From NCBI GenBank assembly GCA_037968415.1, contig JBBKVM010000002.1:6030-70029 (forward strand): a DNA stretch of 64,000 nt, given 5' to 3'. The stretch is from Bacteroidia bacterium (lineage in GTDB: Bacteria > Bacteroidota > Bacteroidia > AKYH767-A > JBBKVM01). Position numbers and translations under genes: made by a program. This document shows, in pieces, positions 1 through 8,692 of this stretch. The stretch's first letter is position 1. Every line of letters starts with the position of its first letter. The notes below the pieces were generated by a model. The model did no database searches. It worked only from the letters and a program-made list of their open reading frames with translations, and was not told the origin of the DNA.

Positions 1-495
1 CCTTTCTGGGCCAAAGATTCTAAGATTGGATTTAAGATGATTAACGCGCGAGCGGAAGGTATCTTGGAATCGAAAGTATATCGCAAACCATTGGAAAAAA
101 GAAGATGCCTCATTCCTGCCGATGGTTTCTATGAATGGCGCAAAGTGGGTAAACAAAAACTCCCAATTCGGTTTACCCGAAAAGATGATGGGCTTTTTGC
201 ATTTGCCGGTATTTATGAAACCTGGAAAGACCCAAAGAATGGAAATGTCCATTCGTTTTCAATAATCACCTGTCCGCCCAACGAACTTGTAAAACCGGTG
301 CACGACCGGATGCCTGTGATACTGGATGAAAAAGAGGAAATAAATTGGTTGGATAATCACCTCAAACCCGAAGACGCCATGTCCATGCTGAAGCCATTTC
401 CTACAGAGCAAATGCGTGCTTATGAAGTTTCTACTTTGGTAAATTCAGCAGCCAACAATATGCCCGAAATCATTGAAGCAATCAACTCCAATTAG
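1..495 (+). CDS. SOS response-associated peptidase (SRAP/YedK, DUF159 family); 5' end lies outside the window
   Basis: The reading frame is open from nt 1, so the first-Met ORF at 37 is not the true start. The translated C-terminal half carries the SRAP signature ...NARAEG..KP.FR..RRCLIPADGFYEW..PV..RMPVIL; the N-terminal catalytic Cys2 must lie upstream. The stop overlaps the convergent nrdJ by 4 nt. Confidence 0.7.
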   Translation, partial: PFWAKDSKIGFKMINARAEGILESKVYRKPLEKRRCLIPADGFYEWRKVGKQKLPIRFTRKDDGLFAFAGIYETWKDPKNGNVHSFSIITCPPNELVKPVHDRMPVILDEKEEINWLDNHLKPEDAMSMLKPFPTEQMRAYEVSTLVNSAANNMPEIIEAINSN

Positions 496-3062
496 CCGCA
501 TTTAGTTTGCCCGCAGCTTTTACATTTTAAGCATCCTTCTTCATATAACAATCCTTCGGCATCGCCACACTCGGGGCATCGTCTGTCTGCTGCCACCGTG
601 CCATCAGGAATAAACTTCTTGAGCGCACGCTCAATGCCGTTTCTCCACGAGTTGATGGAAGCATTGTCGAGGTGAAGGTTGGTAACCAAATCCACCACTT
701 GTGGCAACGGCATGCCATGACGCAGTATGCCTGAGATAAGTTTCGCGTAGTTCCAGAATTCTTTGTCGAACGATCGCGACAATCCTTCTATCGTTGTTTT
801 ATAACCTTCCTTGTCTTCGAACTGAAAATCGTAACGCGATTTGCCACCGCCATTTTTGCTTTTTATCACCCACCCGCGGTTTACCCAAGTTGGAATTACA
901 AAAGTGTCTTCCGCTTTTCCGGTAAAAATTTCATACGGTCTGGCACCCATCACACCCACTACGGCTATCCACTTCTCATTGTTGTTGGTAAATCTAACCA
1001 CCTCTGCTTCGAGCACTGTGGGGCGCTTAGGCGCATGCGTTTCTACAATGTCGCCCGTTTGTTTGCCACCGGATTTATCATCTTGCGCCATCAACACACC
1101 ACTGCGCGATCCATCACGATACACAGTGATACCCTTAAGACCTTTGCGCCAAGCTTGCATATATATATCCGCCACCTTTTCAGGCTTTACATCGTTGGGC
1201 AAATTGATGGTACTGCTGATAGAATGTGTTACATACTTTTGAACCACGGCTTGCAATTCCACACGCTTCAACCAATCTATCTCACCTGCGGTGGAACCAA
1301 AGTAAGGACTCTTTTCATAGTCGCTTTCGTTGGCTATCTCCATCCAGGTTTTCAATTTAGAGTGGTACACATCAAACTCCTGCCACGCGTCACCCATGTG
1401 ATCGGTGAAATCTATTTTGGCATTTTTGTCGCTGGCATTAACTTTTTTTCTTCGCTTATAAGCCAGCATAAACACGGGTTCCAACCCAGATGAAGTTTGC
1501 GACAAAATACTTAGCGTACCGGTAGGCGCCACCGTGCTGATGGAAATATTACGTCTGCCGTGTTTCAGCATGCGCGCGGTAAGTTCAGGAAATTCTTGTT
1601 CCATCATGTTTACAAAAGCCGAAGTCTTTTCCACCTTTGGATCAAAGGCTTCGAACTTGCCACGCTCTATGGCCATGTCAATGGAACTGTCGAATTCTGC
1701 AGTGCATTTGGTGCGCATCAGTTGATCTATTTCCATCAGTGCCTCGTCAGAATCGAAGCCAAAGCCGAGTGCGGCCATGGCGTCAGCCAGCGCAGTAAAG
1801 CCCAGGCCCGTGCGTCTGCCTTTGCGGCCTGCGTCTTGCAATAGTTTCCATGTGTCGGTTTCTACTTGCTTGATGGCAGCCGGCTCGGGATCACTGCTAA
1901 CTTTACCCAATATGCGGTCTATTGCTTCCAGCTCGAGGTCCACCAGGTCGTCCATCAAGCGCTGTGCTTCATAGGTTACTTCGTAAAACTTTTTGTAGTT
2001 GAACTTAGCTTCGGGTGTAAAGGGCTTGTCAACAAAATTGTAGAGGTTGATAGCGATGAGCCTGCAACTGTCGCCACCCTGCATCGCTATTTCTGAGCAC
2101 GGGTTGGTTGATACATTTCGAAAGCCGGGATACACAGAGGAAGTAGAATACTGGTGCTGCCGGTCCCAGAAAATAAGCCCTGGCTCGGCTGTGTTGTGTG
2201 CACAGGCTACAATGCTATTCCATAGCTCGGTGGCCTTTACAGTTTTATTGTATTGGGGTTGTGCTGCGTCAATGGGCCAACGCAGCGTATAATCTTCATC
2301 ATTCTCCACTGCGAGCATAAACTCATCCGACAATCTGATGGAGATGTTGGCACCCGTTACCCGACTCAAATCTTGTTTGATAGTGATAAAGTTTTCGATA
2401 TCCGGATGGGCTATGTCCATGGTGATCATGAGTGCGCCCCTGCGCCCATTCTGCGCTACCTCGCGCGTGGTGTTGCTGAAGCGCTCCATATATGACACTG
2501 CACCTGTTGTGGTACCGGCAGAGTTTGAAACACTGGCACCGGCCGGACGTAATGTGCTAAGGTCTATACCCACACCACACCTTCGCTTGAATAGTTGCGC
2601 CAATTGTTGATCGGTATAGAAAATGCCGCCATAAGAATCGCAAATCTCTGGCAGAACAATGCAGTTGGATAGGGACGCAAACACATTCTTGTTACCCAGT
2701 GAAGACATAACGCTGCCCTGTGGTATGATGTATTTAAAGTCTTTGAAGTAGTTGTAGATTTTATCCACATTGAGAAGCCCACGCTGGCGGCCATACTCCG
2801 ACAGTTCGCTGTGGCTGAATTGCTTATCAGCATACTTCTGCTCTACACGGCCAAACTCGCGGGCCATGCGATGATGCATATCATCGGGTGTGGATTCCAG
2901 ATAGTTGCCAGCCTTGTCTTTCATGGCGTACTTGCTCATCCAGGTGCTGGTGGCAAGTTCATCACCGCCAAAATAGGCAGTGGCTTTTGTTTTTACTTCG
3001 CTTATTTCCAGGTAGGGAGTTGTTTCGGTATTCATAATTTCATCTTCACTTTCTGAGTTCAA
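492..3062 (-). CDS. nrdJ: adenosylcobalamin-dependent (class II) ribonucleotide reductase
   Basis: 856 aa with an N-terminal ...TSTWMSKYAMKD... motif typical of NrdJ, a large catalytic barrel region and a C-terminal Cys-rich tail (CPECG...CLKCKSCG) common in class II RNRs. No ATP-cone or NrdA-style N-terminus is seen. Confidence 0.8.
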   Translation of the reverse strand: MNSESEDEIMNTETTPYLEISEVKTKATAYFGGDELATSTWMSKYAMKDKAGNYLESTPDDMHHRMAREFGRVEQKYADKQFSHSELSEYGRQRGLLNVDKIYNYFKDFKYIIPQGSVMSSLGNKNVFASLSNCIVLPEICDSYGGIFYTDQQLAQLFKRRCGVGIDLSTLRPAGASVSNSAGTTTGAVSYMERFSNTTREVAQNGRRGALMITMDIAHPDIENFITIKQDLSRVTGANISIRLSDEFMLAVENDEDYTLRWPIDAAQPQYNKTVKATELWNSIVACAHNTAEPGLIFWDRQHQYSTSSVYPGFRNVSTNPCSEIAMQGGDSCRLIAINLYNFVDKPFTPEAKFNYKKFYEVTYEAQRLMDDLVDLELEAIDRILGKVSSDPEPAAIKQVETDTWKLLQDAGRKGRRTGLGFTALADAMAALGFGFDSDEALMEIDQLMRTKCTAEFDSSIDMAIERGKFEAFDPKVEKTSAFVNMMEQEFPELTARMLKHGRRNISISTVAPTGTLSILSQTSSGLEPVFMLAYKRRKKVNASDKNAKIDFTDHMGDAWQEFDVYHSKLKTWMEIANESDYEKSPYFGSTAGEIDWLKRVELQAVVQKYVTHSISSTINLPNDVKPEKVADIYMQAWRKGLKGITVYRDGSRSGVLMAQDDKSGGKQTGDIVETHAPKRPTVLEAEVVRFTNNNEKWIAVVGVMGARPYEIFTGKAEDTFVIPTWVNRGWVIKSKNGGGKSRYDFQFEDKEGYKTTIEGLSRSFDKEFWNYAKLISGILRHGMPLPQVVDLVTNLHLDNASINSWRNGIERALKKFIPDGTVAADRRCPECGDAEGLLYEEGCLKCKSCGQTKCG

Positions 3063-3343
3063 TTTTCATGAGGGTCGGCAAGATATAAACATCGAACTGG
3101 GAGCGAAAATTACAGCGCCATGATTTATAAACATTGAGCGACCATTTTTCAACAAAGCGCCATTTTACGCCTATTTCAAAGAAATTTAATTTCAATAAAC
3201 TGAACTCAAAAGTTAATTATTTTTTTCGTATTGGCCAAGCCATCCAGCGTCTACATGCCGATCTTTTATCTCCATATTAAAAGCTTATTAAAAACCTCAG
3301 ACCAATTGAATTATTATATACCTTGTTTCGTAAATCACTCATC

Positions 3344-6007
3344 ATGACAAAATATTTAATCTCCGTTTTGTGTATTCTATATATAGCACCCATGCCTGGG
3401 TTTAGTTCTAACCTAAACTCAAGCACTTGTTCAAAATCCGAAAACAATCCTCCGTTGAGTGTATTTCTCAATACAGTGAGTTCTGCATGCACACTAAACA
3501 ATGGAAGTATCAATACAAATGTTTCAGGGGGCACCCTTCCAATTACTTACTTATGGTCCACAGGTGCAACTACAGCAAACATCCAGAACTTGTCGGCAGG
3601 CACCTACATGGTGACGGTAACTGATTTTACAGGAAGCACAGCAAGTGCTTCAGCAGCAGTGGCAAACCAATTGAACACCACGGTTGCATTTACTTACGCA
3701 GGAAAATTCCCTTGTGCTGGCCAATGTAATGGATCTGTTTTCGTGATGGATTCAATGATAAACGGAATGCCCCCCTACTCTTATTCTCCCAGTGCGGGAA
3801 CCATGATTCCCAACAGCCCGGGAGCAGGGTCCACAGAGTTTGCAAACTTGTGTGATAACACAATACTTAATGTCACTGTCACCGATGCGCTTGGGTGTAC
3901 CGGTGGGCAAAACATCCCGATTGGGGGCGGTCCGCCTGTTCAAAACCCTTCGTTCGTAATCACTCCGGCTTGCAATTCGCTTGCGAATGGATCAGTAACC
4001 ATATCCAATCTTTCTTGGGCAGCATGGAATTGTGATGCCATGCGTATCTGGCTTACGGACAACTGTTGCAATTTATGCTGCTTTGTGTCCAATGCCATAC
4101 AGGGCGTTCCGTTAAATTTAGCTGCCGGCAATTATCTGGTTGAGACTTACTGCGCCACGGCTTTGCCAGGATACGAGTGCCCGCAATATTTTCCTTTCAC
4201 CATTCCTGACCTGGGCCCCACATGCAGCACCGTGCAAGGCGATGCTTTTGTAGACCTAAATGGCAACTGTGTAAAAAACGTGGGCGACATCAACTTGCCT
4301 AATACTGTGATAGAGTTCACTCCGGGCCCATGGTATGCTTACACAAATAGTGCAGGACACTATTCAACCAATATACCCTGGGGCAACTACAACGTGGTGC
4401 ATTATCCACCTGCCGGGCTCGTGCAACTCTGCCCCGCCAACCCTTTTCCTATCACCTTGTCCTCGTCTAACACCAACGCTACCATAAATTTTGCCGACAC
4501 CAGCGCCATTCCATTTGACATCGTTGCACACATCAGCAATGGAACCGCAAGACCTGGTTTTGATTTTATGTATGCCGTGAAAGCACAAAATAACAGCTAC
4601 ACACCCAGTGGTGTCATCACGGTCACACTCAATTTCGATCCTATGCTCTCATTTGTATCGGCTAACCCTGCGCCTTTCTCTACCTCTTCGGGGCAAGTTG
4701 TGTGGCAATTTAATTCCATCACCAATTTTCAATCTAGTGTTGCCACAGTCACATTGAATGTGCCCGCCAACCCTGCATTGATAGGCACCTCGCTCTCCGC
4801 CAACGTTGCCATGCAGGCCGCCACCACAGAACCCAATACAGCCAACAACTCGGCCACCACCACACACACTATCACAGGATCATTCGACCCCAATGTAAAA
4901 CATGTCCAGCCTTTTGGCGCTTTTTTACCCGCCATTACAAATGAAATTAAGTACACTATTCAGTTTCAAAATACCGGCAACGACACCGCTTTCACCGTAG
5001 AGTTAATAGACACGCTCAGCAGCAATTTGCGTGTGGGCACTTTTGTGGCGGGAGCCTCTTCGCACCCATACACCACAGAGATTACGGGGCAAGGTGTCCT
5101 TCATTTTTATTTCAACAACATAAACTTACCCGACTCTACCACTGACGAAGCCCGCAGCCACGGCTTTGTTTCGTTTACGATAAAACCAAAAGTCAATCTT
5201 CCGCATAACACCAGCATCACCAATCGATCGAATATCATTTTTGATTTCAATCCACCTATCAATACCAACACCACACAAAGTATAGTTGACCTTACACTCG
5301 CCATCAATACCACTGCCGACACTATTTGTCAAGGGCAATCGGTCACACTCACCATGATACCCGAACTGACTAACACATCCTGGCGTTGGCGTGCGGGCAC
5401 ATGCAACAGTACTATCATAAGCACAAGCAATTCAATTACCATTACACCCACCACCACCAACACTTACTTTGTCCGTGATTCATTGGGCACCATACCCGTT
5501 GGCAGCTGTTACCGAAAAACGATTGTGGTGTTGCCTGCGCCCACCACTCCTTTCATCACACAAAATTTTGACACTTTATTTTCCAGCGCTAGTAGTGGAA
5601 ATCAATGGTACCTTAATGGTAATGTGATTGCTGGCGCCATATCGCCCACATATATTCCTACGCAAAGCGGAAGTTATTCTGTTGTGACCACGGCTGCCAA
5701 TGGATGCACCGGTTCATCAGCTGCCTACATGTTTATCACCACCTTGACAGTTGATTTGATCAGGAATGCCGGTATAAAAGTATTTCCGAATCCAACAACC
5801 AGTCAACTTTTCGTTGAAATCGATGAAGAACATCCTTCTCTTAAGAAAATCATTGTTTACGATTGCATTGGAAATGTTGTGATGGAACGGTCCGGAATTA
5901 GTGAAAATAAATTCTCGATTGATCTTACTGAATATATTCCCGGCATTTATTTTCTAAAAATAATCAGCATCAATGGAGTGGAATTAACCAAAGTGTTTAA
6001 AATTTAA
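3344..6007 (+). CDS. T9SS-sorted cell-surface adhesin-like protein (SprB repeats + DUF11 conserved-repeat domain + Por_Secre_tail CTD), paralog 1 of 3
   Basis: Signal peptide, then SprB-type repeats (C..NGSI...GGT.PYTY.WS.G.TT..I.NLSAGTY.VTVTD). A DUF11-like block (SFDPN.K.V.P.G...NYTIQFQNTGNDTAFTV) and a C-terminal T9SS type-A sorting domain (VFPNPTT..LFVEI....IIVYD.IGNVV.....LTEYIPGIYFLKI) follow. The ORF caller's TTG at 3323 is more likely replaced by the ATG at 3344. Confidence 0.75.
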   Translation: MTKYLISVLCILYIAPMPGFSSNLNSSTCSKSENNPPLSVFLNTVSSACTLNNGSINTNVSGGTLPITYLWSTGATTANIQNLSAGTYMVTVTDFTGSTASASAAVANQLNTTVAFTYAGKFPCAGQCNGSVFVMDSMINGMPPYSYSPSAGTMIPNSPGAGSTEFANLCDNTILNVTVTDALGCTGGQNIPIGGGPPVQNPSFVITPACNSLANGSVTISNLSWAAWNCDAMRIWLTDNCCNLCCFVSNAIQGVPLNLAAGNYLVETYCATALPGYECPQYFPFTIPDLGPTCSTVQGDAFVDLNGNCVKNVGDINLPNTVIEFTPGPWYAYTNSAGHYSTNIPWGNYNVVHYPPAGLVQLCPANPFPITLSSSNTNATINFADTSAIPFDIVAHISNGTARPGFDFMYAVKAQNNSYTPSGVITVTLNFDPMLSFVSANPAPFSTSSGQVVWQFNSITNFQSSVATVTLNVPANPALIGTSLSANVAMQAATTEPNTANNSATTTHTITGSFDPNVKHVQPFGAFLPAITNEIKYTIQFQNTGNDTAFTVELIDTLSSNLRVGTFVAGASSHPYTTEITGQGVLHFYFNNINLPDSTTDEARSHGFVSFTIKPKVNLPHNTSITNRSNIIFDFNPPINTNTTQSIVDLTLAINTTADTICQGQSVTLTMIPELTNTSWRWRAGTCNSTIISTSNSITITPTTTNTYFVRDSLGTIPVGSCYRKTIVVLPAPTTPFITQNFDTLFSSASSGNQWYLNGNVIAGAISPTYIPTQSGSYSVVTTAANGCTGSSAAYMFITTLTVDLIRNAGIKVFPNPTTSQLFVEIDEEHPSLKKIIVYDCIGNVVMERSGISENKFSIDLTEYIPGIYFLKIISINGVELTKVFKI

Positions 6008-6027
6008 TCAGACTTAAATTTATCGAA

Positions 6028-8682
6028 ATGCATAAGCGAATTGTATTCACGTTGATAATATTAATGCTTGCATCAGAAAAAGCATTTACGCAAATTGTTG
6101 AATCCACACCTCCACCATTATTGTCTGTTTGGTGTGATTCCCACGCGGATGCTTGTAATGGTGGTTCAGGATTGGTTTTGTCATCACCTTCAGGAGGCAC
6201 TGCGCCATACACTTACAACTGGTCTAACGGTACAAACACACAAAATATCTATAATCTAACATCCGGCTCATACAATTTGACGGTGTATGATGCTGTGGGT
6301 GATTCCGCTGTCTGCAATGCATATGTCTCCAATCAAACGACATTGGCTCCATTCATAGTGGCAGTTCCATACACTATATTCCCTTGTGCAAGTCAATGTA
6401 ATGGGTCTATCAAATTTGATAATCAATATTTGCTTGGAACACCTCCATTTACCATAACAACAACTAGCGGGACGGTCTGGCCTCCGAGTCCCAACAATGG
6501 CGTGTTCGACATCATCAACTTATGTCCTAATACTTCTGTCAATGTTACCATCACAGATGCCAACGGCTGTACAGGTAACGATTTTCAGGGCATGATTCCA
6601 CCGCCACCTCTCAACCCGCTAATAACGATTACCCCCGCTTGCAATTCATTGGCAAATGGCGCTGTTACCATTGATAATATCCAGGCTAATTGGAATTGGA
6701 AGTTAACACTGTTTAATTCGATCAACCAACCGGTGAGTTGGTGCCAGAGTAACTGGGGACCCTGTTCATTAAACAATCTGCTTCCCGGCAACTATACGAT
6801 TCAAGTTACTTATGAATTTCATGGGGAGACTTTGCCTGATTATTATGGTTGTCCTCAAATTTCTGCATTTACCATTCCTGATTTGGGTCCAGCCTGCGGA
6901 ACAGTCGCGGGCAATGTTTTTATTGATCAAAACTCAAATTGCATCAAGGATGTGGGGGAATTCGGCATTCCCAACAGCATCATACAGTTTAGCCCAGGTC
7001 CATATTACGCAAGCACCAATAGCCTGGGACAATATGACACCCCGCTTCCGTGGGGCATCTACAACGTAACGCAAACTTCCTTCCCGGGCGTCACTCAAAT
7101 TTGTCCTGCCAGCCCTGTTCAAATCACAGTATCTTCCTCTACCCCGGCTATCAACTTAGATTTTGCAAATGGCAGTAGTATTCCTTTCGATCTTGTCGCT
7201 TCGTTGTCAGCCGGTATCGCAAGACCCGGATTCGATTTTAGTTATGGAATAAACAGTTCCAATCACAGCTACGATTCTAGCGGAGTGCTCACCGTCATTT
7301 TTAACTATGACCCCTTGCTTTCATTTGTTGCCGCCAATCCTGCGCCCATGAGCACTTCACCCGGACAAGTTGTTTGGCAACTCAACTCTATCAATAACTT
7401 TCAGTCCTCGTTGGCCACAGTACAATTGCACGTACCTGCCAATCCCGCCCTCATCGGCACCATCCTCCTTGCTGATTGCAGTATCACCGGCACCACCACC
7501 GAAGCCAACCTCACAAATAATAGTGCGACTTTCTCCCGCATCATCACAGGATCATTCGACCCCAATGAGAAAGAAGTTACGCCTGCGGGAAAATTTCTGC
7601 CCGCCACAAACGGGTTACTCAATTACACCATCCAATTCCAGAACACGGGTAACGATACCGCTTTTACTGTGGAGTTGATAGACACATTGAGCGCCAACTT
7701 GCAAGTGACCAGTTTTGTGCCGGGAGCCGCTTCGCATCCTTACACCACAGAGATTACGGGACAAGGTATTCTTCATTTTCATTTCAACAACATCAACCTG
7801 CCCGACTCCACTACTGACGAAGCCCACAGCCATGGCTTTGTGTCGTTCACGATAAAACCCAAAAACAATCTTCCTCACAATACCAACATTACCAATCGAT
7901 CGAATATCATTTTTGATTTCAATCCGCCCATCAATACCAACACTACGCAAAGTATTGTGGACCTCACACTTGCCATCAATACTACTGCCGACACTATTTG
8001 TCAGGGGCAATCGGTCACACTCACCATGATTCCCGATCTGACCAACACATGGTGGCGCTGGCGCGCAGGTACATGCAACAGCACACTTATCGGCAGCGGT
8101 AATTCAATTACCATTACGCCCACCACTACCAACACATACTTTGTACGCGATTCATTAGGCACCATACCCGTTGGCAGCTGTTACCGAAAAACAATTGTGG
8201 TGTTGGCTGCTCCCGCCACTCCCGTCATCACACAAAATCTGGATACTTTATTTTCGAGTGCCGCCAGTGGAAACCAATGGTATCTGAATGGCAATGTGAT
8301 TGCAGGTGCCATAACGCCCGCGCTTATCCCTACCCAAAGCGGAAGCTATACTGTGGTTGTTACCAACAACAATTTTTGTGCGGTAACATCTACTCCGTAT
8401 ATTTTTATTACTACAAATTTGATTGCTCCGGAACAGGAAAATGGAATCATTGTGGAACCTAATCCGGCAACGTCTGCGATAAATATCTTTATCCCAAAGT
8501 TGCAGAAAGGCACTACATACTTGACAGTATTCGATTGTGTGGGGAACAAAATGCTTGAGCGAAACAAACTCACAGAAGCCCTACTCCAGTTGAATATCAG
8601 TGAACTTCCTGCGGGTGTTTATTTTGTAAATATCAAAGACAACACCACATCGGTAAATAAGAAAATAATCAAAGTTGATTAA
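6028..8682 (+). CDS. T9SS-sorted adhesin-like protein (SprB repeats + DUF11 + CTD), paralog 2 of 3
   Basis: Same architecture as the 3344-6007 gene. The C-terminal ~450 aa are nearly identical to the other two paralogs. The T9SS CTD is ...VEPNPATSAINIFIP....YLTVFDCVGNKM...LPAGVYFVNI. Confidence 0.75.
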   Translation: MHKRIVFTLIILMLASEKAFTQIVESTPPPLLSVWCDSHADACNGGSGLVLSSPSGGTAPYTYNWSNGTNTQNIYNLTSGSYNLTVYDAVGDSAVCNAYVSNQTTLAPFIVAVPYTIFPCASQCNGSIKFDNQYLLGTPPFTITTTSGTVWPPSPNNGVFDIINLCPNTSVNVTITDANGCTGNDFQGMIPPPPLNPLITITPACNSLANGAVTIDNIQANWNWKLTLFNSINQPVSWCQSNWGPCSLNNLLPGNYTIQVTYEFHGETLPDYYGCPQISAFTIPDLGPACGTVAGNVFIDQNSNCIKDVGEFGIPNSIIQFSPGPYYASTNSLGQYDTPLPWGIYNVTQTSFPGVTQICPASPVQITVSSSTPAINLDFANGSSIPFDLVASLSAGIARPGFDFSYGINSSNHSYDSSGVLTVIFNYDPLLSFVAANPAPMSTSPGQVVWQLNSINNFQSSLATVQLHVPANPALIGTILLADCSITGTTTEANLTNNSATFSRIITGSFDPNEKEVTPAGKFLPATNGLLNYTIQFQNTGNDTAFTVELIDTLSANLQVTSFVPGAASHPYTTEITGQGILHFHFNNINLPDSTTDEAHSHGFVSFTIKPKNNLPHNTNITNRSNIIFDFNPPINTNTTQSIVDLTLAINTTADTICQGQSVTLTMIPDLTNTWWRWRAGTCNSTLIGSGNSITITPTTTNTYFVRDSLGTIPVGSCYRKTIVVLAAPATPVITQNLDTLFSSAASGNQWYLNGNVIAGAITPALIPTQSGSYTVVVTNNNFCAVTSTPYIFITTNLIAPEQENGIIVEPNPATSAINIFIPKLQKGTTYLTVFDCVGNKMLERNKLTEALLQLNISELPAGVYFVNIKDNTTSVNKKIIKVD

Positions 8683-8692
8683 AACAAAAAAC

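Noticed and set aside
1035-2833. Multiple 60-150 aa ORFs on both strands inside nrdJ
   Set aside because: All are nested within or antisense to the 856-aa RNR CDS and lack any signatures.
3063-3322. Cobalamin riboswitch or NrdR operator in the nrdJ leader
   Set aside because: No B12-box (GCCACTG) and no recognisable riboswitch core or NrdR-box palindrome were seen by eye. A B12 riboswitch would in any case be unexpected on a B12-dependent RNR.
5107-5322. Small antisense ORFs inside the adhesin genes (5107-5322, 5126-5338, 10441-10641, 10445-10657, 7401-7622, 9952-10269)
   Set aside because: They are antisense to well-supported large CDSs and are reproduced in each paralog only because the DNA is near-identical. 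They are useful as evidence of that identity but not as genes.
8675-8682. 8-nt overlap between adhesin paralogs 2 and 3
   Set aside because: It is produced by the ORF caller choosing a TTG at 8675. The ATG at 8693 begins a proper signal peptide (MKNLLKKLL...), which removes the overlap.
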